DNA from: an uncultured Rikenella sp.
GTDB taxonomy: Bacteria > Bacteroidota > Bacteroidia > Bacteroidales > VadinHA17
Reading direction: 5' to 3'
DNA length: 64,000 bases
Assembly: GCA_964535795.1 (NCBI GenBank)
Contig: CAZHTG010000011.1
Coordinates: 2,227-66,226 of the forward strand
Shown here: piece after piece, positions 47,605 through 56,696 of the stretch
Position numbering within the stretch: the stretch's first letter is position 1
Layout of the letters: each line of letters opens with the position of its first letter
Made by a program: the position numbers and the translations under genes
The notes under the pieces: generated by a model
The model's database searches: none
Seen by the model: the letters and a program-made list of their open reading frames with translations, nothing else
Told to the model about the DNA's origin: nothing

Positions 47605-47919
47605 TCAGATTATCTCAACCAGGACAACTCCCTTTGCAACCCTGTCACCGGGTTTGACGCTGACTGACGCAACCCTTCCGGAAATATGGCTTTTCAGCCT
47701 GTTCTTCATCTTCATCGCATCGAGGATCAGAATGTCGTCGCCTTCGTTTACTGAGTCACCCTCGTGAACCAGCACTTCGACCACGGTGCCCGGAATGAAA
47801 CTGGAGATCCTGCCCGGCACCGGCGGAGCATAAGGCTTACGTTCGGTATAGCGCCGACTCAGACGTGTCGTATACTCTGTCTGGTCAATCGTAATCTTCT
47901 CGTTATTTTTATTTTCCAT
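47605..47919 (-). CDS. Short biotin carboxyl carrier (biotinyl/lipoyl-domain) protein.
   Basis: Biotinylation motif LDAMKMKN in a C-terminal hybrid-barrel domain. Length 104 aa. It lies 21 nt downstream of the carboxyltransferase gene. Confidence 0.75.
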   Translation of the reverse strand: MENKNNEKITIDQTEYTTRLSRRYTERKPYAPPVPGRISSFIPGTVVEVLVHEGDSVNEGDDILILDAMKMKNRLKSHISGRVASVSVKPGDRVAKGVVLVEII

Positions 47920-47940
47920 GGTACTGTTTTCCGGCTATGA

Positions 47941-49485
47941 TCAGAAGGGTGGTATGCCATGCTTCTTCCAGGGCATCTGCACATCCTTGGAATCAGATAC
48001 CTCAAGTCCGTGAAGCAGCATCCTGCGGGTTTCGGATGGTTCAATGACAGCGTCGACATAACCGCGTGAGGCAGCCACATAAGGATTGGCAAACTTCTCC
48101 TTGTACTCCTCCACCTTCTGCCGGCGTACCTCGTCAGGGTTGACTGCAGTGGTTATCTCCTTGCGGAAAATGATGTTTGCGGCCCCTTCCGGTCCCATGA
48201 CTGCGATCTCCGCCGTCGGCCAGGCAAACACGAAGTCGGCACGCAGGTGGCGCGAGCTCATTGCAATGTATCCTCCTCCGTAAGCCTTGCGCAGTATCAC
48301 CGTCAGCTTGGGTACGGTTGCTTCACTGTAGGCGTACAGCACCTTGGCGCCATGGCGTATCACACCGGCATGCTCCTGGTCAATGCCGGGCAGGTAACCG
48401 GGCAGGTCGACGAAGGTGATGAGCGGAATGGAGAAGGCGTCACAGTAACGGATGAACCTGGCCGCCTTGTCAGAAGAGTCAACGTCAAGCACTCCGGCCA
48501 TCACCAGGGGCTGGTTGGCTACAAAACCAACCGTCCTGCCACCCACGCGCCCGAAGCCGATGACCATGTTGGCGGCATACAGCTCCTGTATCTCGAAGAA
48601 ATCAGAGTTGTCGGCCACGGCCCTTATGACCTCCCTGACATCGTAGGGCAGGGTCGGATCACCAGGGACTATCCTGTCAATATCATAGCTGCTGTCCGGT
48701 GGCAGGGTTTCAATGACCTTTGCCCGCACCTCGTTGTTCTTCGGTATGAAAGAGATCAGCCTCTTGATCTGGCTGAAGCACTCTTCCTCTGACAGGGCAA
48801 AGAAATGAGCATTGCCGGAGACCTCACAGTGCACACGCGCACCGCCAAGCGCCTCCATGGAGATTTCCTCACCCAGGACGGTCTTTATAACCTCAGGGCC
48901 GGTGATGAACATCTTGGAAATATTCTCAACCACAAAGACAAAGTCAGTCAGCGCAGGGGAATAGACCGCTCCGCCGGCGCACGGTCCGAGGATGACGGAT
49001 ATCTGCGGAATAACACCGCTTGAGATGGTGTTACGGAAGAAAATCTCGCCATAACCCGCCAGCGAATTAACTCCCTCCTGTATACGTGCACCTCCGGAGT
49101 CATTGATCCCTATCAGGGGTATCCTCATCTTCAGAGCATGATCCATTATCTTGGTTATCTTGCGCGAGTGCATCAACCCCAGCGAACCGCCGGCTACGGT
49201 AAAATCCTGCGCAAATATTGCAACCGGGTTGCCGTGAACCGTGCCGGTGCCTATAACCACCCCGTCACTGGGCAGGTGCTTCTTGTCCATGCCGAAATCG
49301 CGAGCGTCATGCTCAACGAACATATCGTACTCATTGAACGTCCCGTCATCGAGGATTGCCATGATACGCTCACGAGCCGTATTCTTGCCCATGGCCTTCT
49401 GTTTGCCGATAGCCTCCTCACCGCCGCCGAGAAGCATCTTCTCACGCTTCTCCTTCAGTTCCCTTATCTTTTTCTCCAGTGCCAT
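47941..49485 (-). CDS. Acyl-CoA carboxyltransferase (methylmalonyl-CoA decarboxylase alpha / propionyl-CoA carboxylase beta type).
   Basis: Length 514 aa. Motifs GGGEEAIGKQKAMGK.TARERI, AQDFTVAGGSLG and RKAYGGGYIAM. Confidence 0.9.
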   Translation of the reverse strand: MALEKKIRELKEKREKMLLGGGEEAIGKQKAMGKNTARERIMAILDDGTFNEYDMFVEHDARDFGMDKKHLPSDGVVIGTGTVHGNPVAIFAQDFTVAGGSLGLMHSRKITKIMDHALKMRIPLIGINDSGGARIQEGVNSLAGYGEIFFRNTISSGVIPQISVILGPCAGGAVYSPALTDFVFVVENISKMFITGPEVIKTVLGEEISMEALGGARVHCEVSGNAHFFALSEEECFSQIKRLISFIPKNNEVRAKVIETLPPDSSYDIDRIVPGDPTLPYDVREVIRAVADNSDFFEIQELYAANMVIGFGRVGGRTVGFVANQPLVMAGVLDVDSSDKAARFIRYCDAFSIPLITFVDLPGYLPGIDQEHAGVIRHGAKVLYAYSEATVPKLTVILRKAYGGGYIAMSSRHLRADFVFAWPTAEIAVMGPEGAANIIFRKEITTAVNPDEVRRQKVEEYKEKFANPYVAASRGYVDAVIEPSETRRMLLHGLEVSDSKDVQMPWKKHGIPPF

Positions 49486-49578
49486 AATTAAGCTTCTTAT
49501 ACCTGTAAAAACACATATTCAAAAAAGCAGCGCAATATAGACAAATTTTTATTTGTGCACATTATAGATGCGAGTGTG

Positions 49579-50679
49579 CTATTTTGGCGCATTCCAGTAA
49601 ACACCCAGGGCAATGAATGAGTATATTATATTGGGGATCCACATTGCCAGGGCGGGATTCAGATCTCCCTTGAGTGAGAACTGAGAGGCGAACTGCATGA
49701 AAAGAATATAAGAGAAGGTGAGGGCCAGCCCCAGCCCGATCTGCATCCCTATACCTCCCTTTATCTTGCGCGATGAGAGTGAGACCCCGATGAGTGTGAG
49801 GATAAAAAAGGCAAACGGCGACGCATAACGCCTGTGCTTCTCATTCAGATAGAGTTTGATCTCATCAGAGCCCTGAGACTTCAGCACATCGATGTAATCA
49901 TGCAGCTCGCCATAGGTCATTGTGTATACAAACTGCGGTGACCGGGTAAAATCGTCAGGCCCCACATTAAGGACGGTGTCAATACGCCGGCCCGAGGATA
50001 TCCTCTCACCTATACTGTCCGTCTCCCTGATGTAGTACCACCATGCTCCCCACTTATTGGTGGTGCTGTCCCACCTGATCATGTTCGCGGTCATCTTTGA
50101 CTCCAGCCTGCCCTGGTCGTCAAACTTTTCCATGCTGAAATTGCGTCCGCTCTGCGAGATCTTGTTATACTGCTCCATGTAGATATATACATTGGGATAG
50201 ACCTGGCGGTGAACGGAAGAGACATTCATCTTTCTGAAGTCCGAACTGCGGTAGTACTTCTCCTCAAAATCAAGCCTGGCGATGTTTGAATGGGGCAGGA
50301 CGTAGTTCTGAAGCATGAAGGCGGCAAGTGCGATGACTGCTGCTGAGATGAAATATGGCACCAGCAGCCTACCGAAACTCATCCCGCTGTTGAGCATGGC
50401 AATGATCTCGGTGTTGACGGCCATCCTTGAGGTGAAAAAGATCACCGAGATAAAAACGAACATCGGGGCAAAAAGCGTGGCAAAATAGGGAATGAAATTA
50501 AGGTAATAGTCGAAGATGATCGCTTTCAGCGGGGCCTGCTTCTGTATGAAGTCGTCAATCTTCTCGGAGAAGTCAAAGATCACCGCAATCCCCAGTATAA
50601 GGACAAGGGAGAAGACAAATGTACCAAGGAACTGTCTGATGATATACCAGTCCAGGATTCCGGGAACAAGTTTCTTCAT
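49579..50679 (-). CDS. LptF/LptG-family (YjgP/YjgQ) LPS export permease.
   Basis: The likely start is Met14 (MKKLVPGILDWYIIRQFLGTF), forming an ATGA overlap with the tgt stop. There are six predicted TM segments and a periplasmic insert. Confidence 0.8.
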   Translation of the reverse strand: MKKLVPGILDWYIIRQFLGTFVFSLVLILGIAVIFDFSEKIDDFIQKQAPLKAIIFDYYLNFIPYFATLFAPMFVFISVIFFTSRMAVNTEIIAMLNSGMSFGRLLVPYFISAAVIALAAFMLQNYVLPHSNIARLDFEEKYYRSSDFRKMNVSSVHRQVYPNVYIYMEQYNKISQSGRNFSMEKFDDQGRLESKMTANMIRWDSTTNKWGAWWYYIRETDSIGERISSGRRIDTVLNVGPDDFTRSPQFVYTMTYGELHDYIDVLKSQGSDEIKLYLNEKHRRYASPFAFFILTLIGVSLSSRKIKGGIGMQIGLGLALTFSYILFMQFASQFSLKGDLNPALAMWIPNIIYSFIALGVYWNAPK

Positions 50680-51806
50680 GCTCTCTCTGAGATTCTTCGA
50701 ACTGTTTCTTCCTTCCATGATCCGAATGTGCCGTCAAGTATCTTTTGTCTTGCCTCCCTCACCAGGCTGAGGTAAAACGAGAGGTTATGTATAGTGGCTA
50801 TCTGTGCCCCGAGCATCTCTCCCGATATGACCAGGTGACGGAGGTAAGCTTTTGAGTAGGTGCGGCTGATCTCAGAGTCTGATCCGGCGTCGACCGGGGA
50901 GAAGTCTGAGGCCCAGCGCTTGTTCCTGATGTTTATTACACCCTCGCGTGTGAAGAGCATGCCGTTGCGGCCGTTGCGGCTGGGCATCACGCAGTCAAAC
51001 ATGTCAATACCTCGCGCAATGGCTTCCAGGATGTTGGCAGGAGTACCCACGCCCATGAGATAGCGTGGTTTATCGGCCGGCAGTATCTCATTCACCACCT
51101 CTATCATCTCATACATCACCTCAGCCGGTTCGCCCACGGAGAGTCCTCCGATTGCGTTCCCCGGCATCTCCTTTGCCGCAATCTTTTCTGCTGATATGCG
51201 CCGAAGATCTTTATATATGGCTCCCTGAACAATGGGAAACAGCATCTGGTCAGCCCCGTATAGTGGTTCGCCGGCATTCATCTGTTCAACACACCTGTCA
51301 AGCCACCGGTGAGTCAGTTCCATCGACTTAAGGGCATACCTGTGGTCACAGGGCCACGGAGCGCATTCATCAAACGCCATTATTATATCAGCTCCTATGA
51401 TTCTCTGTATATCGATAACCTTCTCCGGCGTGAAGAGATGTTTTGAACCGTCGATATGCGATCTGAATATCGCACCCTCCTCCGTCAGTTTCCTGTTGGC
51501 GGCCAGCGAGAAGACCTGGTATCCGCCGCTGTCAGTAAGCAGTGCCCTGTCCCATGCCATGAAGCGGTGCAGGCCGCCAGCCTCCCTGATGATGTCAGTG
51601 CCGGGCCGGAGGTAGAGATGATAGGTGTTGGCAAGTATCACAGGAGCATTTATCTCCGACTTAAGGTCGCGGTGAAGTACACCCTTGACCGTGGCTCCGG
51701 TGCCGACAGGCATAAAGACAGGGGTTGGGATTTCGCCGTGGGCCGTGCGCAAAACGCCCGCCCTGGCAGATGTCGATCCGTCTCTCCTTTCTATGCTGAA
51801 CATCAT
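50676..51806 (-). CDS. tgt: tRNA-guanine transglycosylase (queuine tRNA-ribosyltransferase).
   Basis: The likely start is MMFSIERRDG at 51806. Motifs TPVFMPVGT, LTDSGGYQV and LMGVGTP. Confidence 0.9.
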   Translation of the reverse strand: MMFSIERRDGSTSARAGVLRTAHGEIPTPVFMPVGTGATVKGVLHRDLKSEINAPVILANTYHLYLRPGTDIIREAGGLHRFMAWDRALLTDSGGYQVFSLAANRKLTEEGAIFRSHIDGSKHLFTPEKVIDIQRIIGADIIMAFDECAPWPCDHRYALKSMELTHRWLDRCVEQMNAGEPLYGADQMLFPIVQGAIYKDLRRISAEKIAAKEMPGNAIGGLSVGEPAEVMYEMIEVVNEILPADKPRYLMGVGTPANILEAIARGIDMFDCVMPSRNGRNGMLFTREGVINIRNKRWASDFSPVDAGSDSEISRTYSKAYLRHLVISGEMLGAQIATIHNLSFYLSLVREARQKILDGTFGSWKEETVRRISERA

Positions 51807-51956
51807 TCTCCCACTGGTGGTCACAAAAGTAAGCTTTCTCCGTCTGATTATGAACAGACGGTTATCAAATTGGGAAAAGGGCGTCATAATTGTTGAAAAG
51901 ATTCTTGCAACCATTATCCAATTCTTTATAATATTGCTGCGGACAACGTTACTTTC

Positions 51957-53093
51957 ATGATCGTCTCAACTGAACCGACGCATATAATACTGCTTTCGCT
52001 GCTGATAATCATGGCTTTCATACAGGGCTGGTACTGGCTCGGGTATTATCGCAGGGCAGTATTTGCAAAAGATGACAAAACCAGGCCCGCCGGGAACATG
52101 CCTCCCATCTCGGTGGTCATCTGTGCTCGTAATGAGGCAGAGAACCTGAGCAAATTCCTTCCTGCAGTCCTTGAACAGGACTACCCCTCCTACGAGGTTG
52201 TGGTGGTTAACGACTGTTCGGAAGACAATACGGATGATATTCTGGGGGAAATGATAAAGCAATACCCGCACCTCAGGGTATCGATGATACAAAAGGATCC
52301 GGGCTTCACCCACACCAAGAAGCTTGCCATGCTTATCGGCATCAAGGCCGCGAAGAATGAGCTGCTGGTCTTCACTGACGCCGACTGCCGTCCGGCATCA
52401 CCCAACTGGCTGCGCGAGGTGGCTGCGGCAGCCGGACCGGACACTGACATTGTAATCGGCTACGGCGGGTACATCGCGGAGGAGGGCCTCCTCAACAGCT
52501 ATATCCGCTATGAAACAATGTTCATCGGCATGCAGTACTTCGGTATGACACTGGCAGGTAAACCATATATGGGAGTGGGCCGCAACCTGTCATACAGGAA
52601 AAGCTTCTTCTTCGAAAAGGGAGGTTTCGGACCTCATAACCATATCATGTCAGGTGATGACGACCTGTTTGTCAACCGCAATGCCACTGGCAACAACTGC
52701 AGCCTGATGCTCTCACATGATTCCTTTACGCTGTCGGCACCACAGAAGAGCCTTGGAGCATGGATCAAACAGAAGAGAAGACACCTGTCGGCAGCCGCCT
52801 ATTATAAGAAGAATGACAGGATAAGGCTCTTCTTCGAACCCTTCAGCAGGGTCTCATATTACGGGCTGCTAACAACGCTCCTGATCATGCTCGTATCATG
52901 GCCCGTGGTGCTTCTGATAGCAGTGTCACGACTGGTCATGAGGGTGGTCATAATCCGGAAGGCTTCCGCAACATTCAATGAACCCCGGTTGTGGTTTATC
53001 TCGCTCTTTTTTGATATCTTGGCACCGTTTGTAACGGCATTCCTTTACGTCACAACCATCAGAAGAGGCAAGGGCAGAGAGACATGGAAGTAG
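51957..53093 (+). CDS. Family 2 glycosyltransferase with flanking transmembrane segments.
   Basis: Motifs ISVVICARNEAENL, VVVVNDCSEDNT and FTDADC. Confidence 0.8.
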   Translation: MIVSTEPTHIILLSLLIIMAFIQGWYWLGYYRRAVFAKDDKTRPAGNMPPISVVICARNEAENLSKFLPAVLEQDYPSYEVVVVNDCSEDNTDDILGEMIKQYPHLRVSMIQKDPGFTHTKKLAMLIGIKAAKNELLVFTDADCRPASPNWLREVAAAAGPDTDIVIGYGGYIAEEGLLNSYIRYETMFIGMQYFGMTLAGKPYMGVGRNLSYRKSFFFEKGGFGPHNHIMSGDDDLFVNRNATGNNCSLMLSHDSFTLSAPQKSLGAWIKQKRRHLSAAAYYKKNDRIRLFFEPFSRVSYYGLLTTLLIMLVSWPVVLLIAVSRLVMRVVIIRKASATFNEPRLWFISLFFDILAPFVTAFLYVTTIRRGKGRETWK

Positions 53094-53683
53094 TAAGCGG
53101 CCTATCGGATAAAGCGCAGCATGACCTGAAGGTCATTGACCGTGCATTGAACGGCGACAGCAGGGCGTACACCGAGTTGCTCAACAGATACCGTGATTCA
53201 GTCTATTATGTCATGCTCAGAATGGTAAGCAATCCCTCTGACGCAGAGGACTTAACCATCGAAGCCTTCGGCAAGGCCTTCAACAGCCTTGCTAAGTATG
53301 TTCCCTCACACGCTTTCAGCACATGGCTCTTCCGCATCGCCACCAACAACTGCATTGACTTCATGAGGCGCAAGAGCCAGACACCCAGGCCATTCGACCA
53401 CGATGAGGGTGAGGAGGACGAGATGGAGGCTACCGTCGCCTCTGACATGAGAGGTCCTGACGAACTTATGATAGACCGGGAGACCGCAGCCTCTCTCAAC
53501 AGGATAGTAAAGACACTCAAGCCTCGCTACCGCAGGCTGATAGAACTGAGATACTTTGAAGACTATTCATATGAGGAGATAGCCAGCGAACTGAGCCTTC
53601 CCATCGGTACGGTCAAGGCAAGGCTCTTCCGGGCAAAAGTCCTTATACTGAACATGGTCCGCAGTAAAACCAGCGGTATTTGA
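53084..53683 (+). CDS. Sigma-70 family (ECF-type) RNA polymerase sigma factor.
   Basis: Region 2 (YTELLNRYRDSVYYVMLRMV...AEDLTIEAF) and region 4 (LRYFEDYSYEEIASELSLPIGTVKARLFRAK). No anti-sigma gene is adjacent. Confidence 0.8.
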   Translation: MEVVSGLSDKAQHDLKVIDRALNGDSRAYTELLNRYRDSVYYVMLRMVSNPSDAEDLTIEAFGKAFNSLAKYVPSHAFSTWLFRIATNNCIDFMRRKSQTPRPFDHDEGEEDEMEATVASDMRGPDELMIDRETAASLNRIVKTLKPRYRRLIELRYFEDYSYEEIASELSLPIGTVKARLFRAKVLILNMVRSKTSGI

Positions 53684-54303
53684 CCACAATAGCCGAAAAA
53701 TACTTCCCGTCACTGACAGAGGAACAGCGCCGGCAGTTTTCGATGCTTCCATCACTGTACATGGAGTGGAACGAAAAAATAAATGTCATCTCCCGGAAGG
53801 ATATTGAAAACTTTGAGGTAAATCATCTGCTTCACTCCCTGGCGATCGCACGCTTTATCACCTTCCTCCCCGGAACAACTGTGATAGATATCGGAACCGG
53901 AGGCGGACTGCCTGGCATACCACTGGCAATACTCTTCCCCGAAGTGCGGTTCACCCTGATCGATTCAATTGCCAAGAAAATAAGGGTCGTAAACGAAATA
54001 ACCGCTGCCGCCGGCATTGGAAATGTACTGGCCCGCGCGGTCAGGTCGGAGAATACCACCGGCATGTATGATTTTATCATAGGCAGGGCGGTGACGGAGA
54101 TGGAACAGTTCGTGAAACTGACCAGGCATCTCTCCTCCCCCCGCTCATTCAATAACATAAAGAACGGCTGGCTCTTCCTCAAGGGAGGCGACCTCGAAAG
54201 AGAGCTTAAGCCTTTCCGGCCTTCCGCCGCCGTTGTGCCGATAAGCAACTGGTTTGACGAACCTTACTTCGAGACTAAAAAAATCGTTTACCTTCCACGG
54301 TGA
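53680..54303 (+). CDS. rsmG: 16S rRNA (guanine527-N7)-methyltransferase.
   Basis: SAM motif IDIGTGGGLPGIPLAI. There is no in-frame ATG near the N-terminus, so a TTG start overlapping the sigma-factor stop is assumed. Confidence 0.8.
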   Translation: MTTIAEKYFPSLTEEQRRQFSMLPSLYMEWNEKINVISRKDIENFEVNHLLHSLAIARFITFLPGTTVIDIGTGGGLPGIPLAILFPEVRFTLIDSIAKKIRVVNEITAAAGIGNVLARAVRSENTTGMYDFIIGRAVTEMEQFVKLTRHLSSPRSFNNIKNGWLFLKGGDLERELKPFRPSAAVVPISNWFDEPYFETKKIVYLPR

Positions 54304-54346
54304 AATAAAAAAAATTCCTTCCGCTTTAATTATTTCAAAAAATGAC

Positions 54347-54354
54347 TACCTTTG
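54347..54354 (+). promoter_or_regulatory. -7 box (TAccTTTG) for rpmH.
   Basis: tacctttg lies 45 nt upstream of ATG 54399. Confidence 0.5.
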
Positions 54355-54398
54355 CAGTCTTTAAAACCGGAAAGTAAACAACAAAATTATAGGAACAG

Positions 54399-54557
54399 AT
54401 GAAAAGGACATTTCAGCCATCAAGAAAGAAGAGGACCAATACTCACGGCTTCAGGGAGAGAATGTCAACACCCAACGGCAGGCGTGTTCTTGCCGCCCGC
54501 AGGGCCAAGGGCAGGAAGAAACTGACCGTTTCTGACGAGGTGGGTCATAAGGACTGA
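54399..54557 (+). CDS. rpmH: 50S ribosomal protein L34 (52 aa), below the ORF-track cutoff.
   Basis: Hand translation: [52 protein letters not shown]. Confidence 0.9.
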   Translation: MKRTFQPSRKKRTNTHGFRERMSTPNGRRVLAARRAKGRKKLTVSDEVGHKD

Positions 54558-54578
54558 GAGGCTGACAGAGAATAAAAG

Positions 54579-54614
54579 ACCGTCTTAATGAACAATTAAG
54601 GCGGTTTTTTATTT
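54579..54614 (+). terminator. Rho-independent terminator after rpmH.
   Basis: 10-bp stem: accgtcttaa pairs with ttaaggcggt (one G-T pair) across a 7-nt loop. A T6 run follows, then a single A and a further T3. Confidence 0.6.
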
Positions 54615-54657
54615 CTACTCTGTTAGGGTGATAGTAAATTTGCCAATATTTCGCGAA

Positions 54658-55767
54658 ATGAAAGAACTGATCCTGAAAAATGCCGGACCGGAAATCAGGG
54701 AGATAGCAGAGGCACTCCTTGACGGCAGACGGATTACTCCGGATGAAGCACTGACACTCTACCGGAGGGCTGATCTCTCACTCATGGCCCTGCTGGCAAC
54801 CGGAGCCAAGAGAGCAAAGAGCGGCGACGCAGTCTTCTTTAACCGCAACTTTCACATTGAACCCACAAACGTATGTGTCTATAACTGCCGCTTCTGCTCA
54901 TATCACAAGCCTGAAGGTGACCCCGACAGCTGGGAGCTGTCGGAGAGCGAGATATTGGACATCGTCAGGCGTTTTGACGGGATTCCGGTCACCGAGGTGC
55001 ACATTACCGGCGGAGTTCATCCGTCGCGTGACATACACTACTACGGGAACATCCTCGCCTCAATAAGGAGAGTGAGGCCTGACATAAGCATCAAAGCCTT
55101 CTCAGCCGTTGAGCTAGACTATATGATACGGAAGGCAGGGATGACATACAGTGAAGGTCTGAAGGTCCTGCGCGATTATGGACTTGACTCAATCCCCGGC
55201 GGTGGTGCTGAGATCTTCGATGAGTCGCTCAGGCGAAAGATCTGCAGGGAGAAGGCTGATGCCGATACCTACCTCGCCATACATGAGGCTGCCCATAACC
55301 TTGGCATATCATCAAACGCAACCATGCTCTACGGCCACGCCGAGAGCCCGGAACAGCGCATTGACCACCTCCGCAGGCTGAGAGAACTGCAAGACCGCAC
55401 AGGAGGGTTCAATGCATTCATCCCGCTTAAGTTTAAGAGAGCCAACAACCGGATGAGCGAGCTTGGAGAGGTACCGGTAACCGAAGACATGCGCAATTAC
55501 GCTCTCTCGCGCATCTTCCTTGATAACTTCAGTCATATCAAAGCCTACTGGCCTGCAACCGGCAGAAACGCGGCCCTGATGAGCCTTGCCTTCGGAGCCG
55601 ATGACCTCGACGGCACCATCGATGACACCACCCGCATCTATTCCATGGCAGGAGCCGAGGACCTCAACCCGAGCCTCTCAACAACCGAGCTGGTGGCAAT
55701 GATACGGTCAGCCGGCTTCAGACCGGTGGAACGTGATACACACTACCGCATAGTTAAGGAGTGGTAA
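54658..55767 (+). CDS. Radical-SAM menaquinone (futalosine pathway) enzyme, MqnE/MqnC (CofH-like) family.
   Basis: Cluster motif CVYNCRFCSY, plus ITGGVHP and GGGAEIF. The track begins at GTG 54628; the first ATG is at 54658. Confidence 0.7.
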   Translation: MKELILKNAGPEIREIAEALLDGRRITPDEALTLYRRADLSLMALLATGAKRAKSGDAVFFNRNFHIEPTNVCVYNCRFCSYHKPEGDPDSWELSESEILDIVRRFDGIPVTEVHITGGVHPSRDIHYYGNILASIRRVRPDISIKAFSAVELDYMIRKAGMTYSEGLKVLRDYGLDSIPGGGAEIFDESLRRKICREKADADTYLAIHEAAHNLGISSNATMLYGHAESPEQRIDHLRRLRELQDRTGGFNAFIPLKFKRANNRMSELGEVPVTEDMRNYALSRIFLDNFSHIKAYWPATGRNAALMSLAFGADDLDGTIDDTTRIYSMAGAEDLNPSLSTTELVAMIRSAGFRPVERDTHYRIVKEW

Positions 55768-55793
55768 TACCCCGCACTCTCACAATATAATTT

Positions 55794-55801
55794 TATCTTT
55801 G
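55794..55801 (+). promoter_or_regulatory. Candidate -7 box (TAtcTTTG) for the PASTA gene.
   Basis: tatctttg lies 35 nt upstream of ATG 55836. Confidence 0.4.
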
Positions 55802-55835
55802 ACCCTGCGTTAATAATCTAATACTTCGTCACACG

Positions 55836-56696
55836 ATGAGCGTCAAGGAATTTCTTAAAAGCCGGGTCTTCTGGAAGCAGCTGGCTCTGGCACTGGTCAT
55901 CGGCGTTGCCATAATACTCTTTCTGATCATCTGGCTTAACATCTACACCCGCCACGGTCAGTCGAGACCCACACCCGAGATAAGAGGTCTGACCATAACC
56001 GAGGCACAGCATGTGGTCAATAAAAACCGGATGAAATTGCAGATAATTGACTCCGTCTACACCAGCTTCGTGCCGCGCGGCTGCGTGGCGGAACAGACTC
56101 CTCTACCGGGCCACCGCGTGAAGAAGGGACGCACCATCCAGGCTACAATAAACGCTTTCAACCCCGAGATGGTCGCCGTGCCTGACCTCGTGGGACTGCC
56201 TCGCCGCCAGGCCCTGTCAATCATCGAAACAGCAGGCCTGCAGATCGGACAGCTGAACTATGTGTCCGACCTGACCGTCGACTTCGTTCTCAGACAGACA
56301 CTGCATGGCCGTGATGTCTCCCCGGGCGATTCAGTCCAGAAGGGAATGGTCATAGACCTGGTCCTCGGCAGAGGACTGAGCAGCCAGCGCACCGCCCTGC
56401 CACGACTCACAGGAATAACACTGGAGCAGGCAAGAAATGAGATACTCGGGGCATCACTCAACCTCGGAGCATATGTCTTTGATCCCACGGTATTAACTGC
56501 CGATGACTCGGTCAACGCCTTCGTCTACAAGCAGAACCCCGAGTATCACCCCAATGCCTCGGTGCAGCTCGGATCAGCGGTCTATATATGGCTTACAACC
56601 GACACCCTCAGGTTAATGCCTGACACAACCGAAGCTGACACCCTGAATCCTGAAGACACCACTATCACGGAGCGAACAGATATAGTACCCCTGTGA
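55836..56696 (+). CDS. Membrane-anchored PASTA-domain protein (three PASTA repeats, no kinase or PBP domain).
   Basis: N-terminal TM segment, then repeats such as PDLVGLPRRQALSIIETAGLQIG and PRLTGITLEQARNEILGASLNLG. Confidence 0.8.
   Translation: MSVKEFLKSRVFWKQLALALVIGVAIILFLIIWLNIYTRHGQSRPTPEIRGLTITEAQHVVNKNRMKLQIIDSVYTSFVPRGCVAEQTPLPGHRVKKGRTIQATINAFNPEMVAVPDLVGLPRRQALSIIETAGLQIGQLNYVSDLTVDFVLRQTLHGRDVSPGDSVQKGMVIDLVLGRGLSSQRTALPRLTGITLEQARNEILGASLNLGAYVFDPTVLTADDSVNAFVYKQNPEYHPNASVQLGSAVYIWLTTDTLRLMPDTTEADTLNPEDTTITERTDIVPL

Noticed and set aside
55836-56696. PASTA-domain protein as a Ser/Thr kinase or penicillin-binding sensor.
   Set aside because: The ORF holds only a TM anchor and three PASTA repeats. 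It has no kinase or transpeptidase domain.
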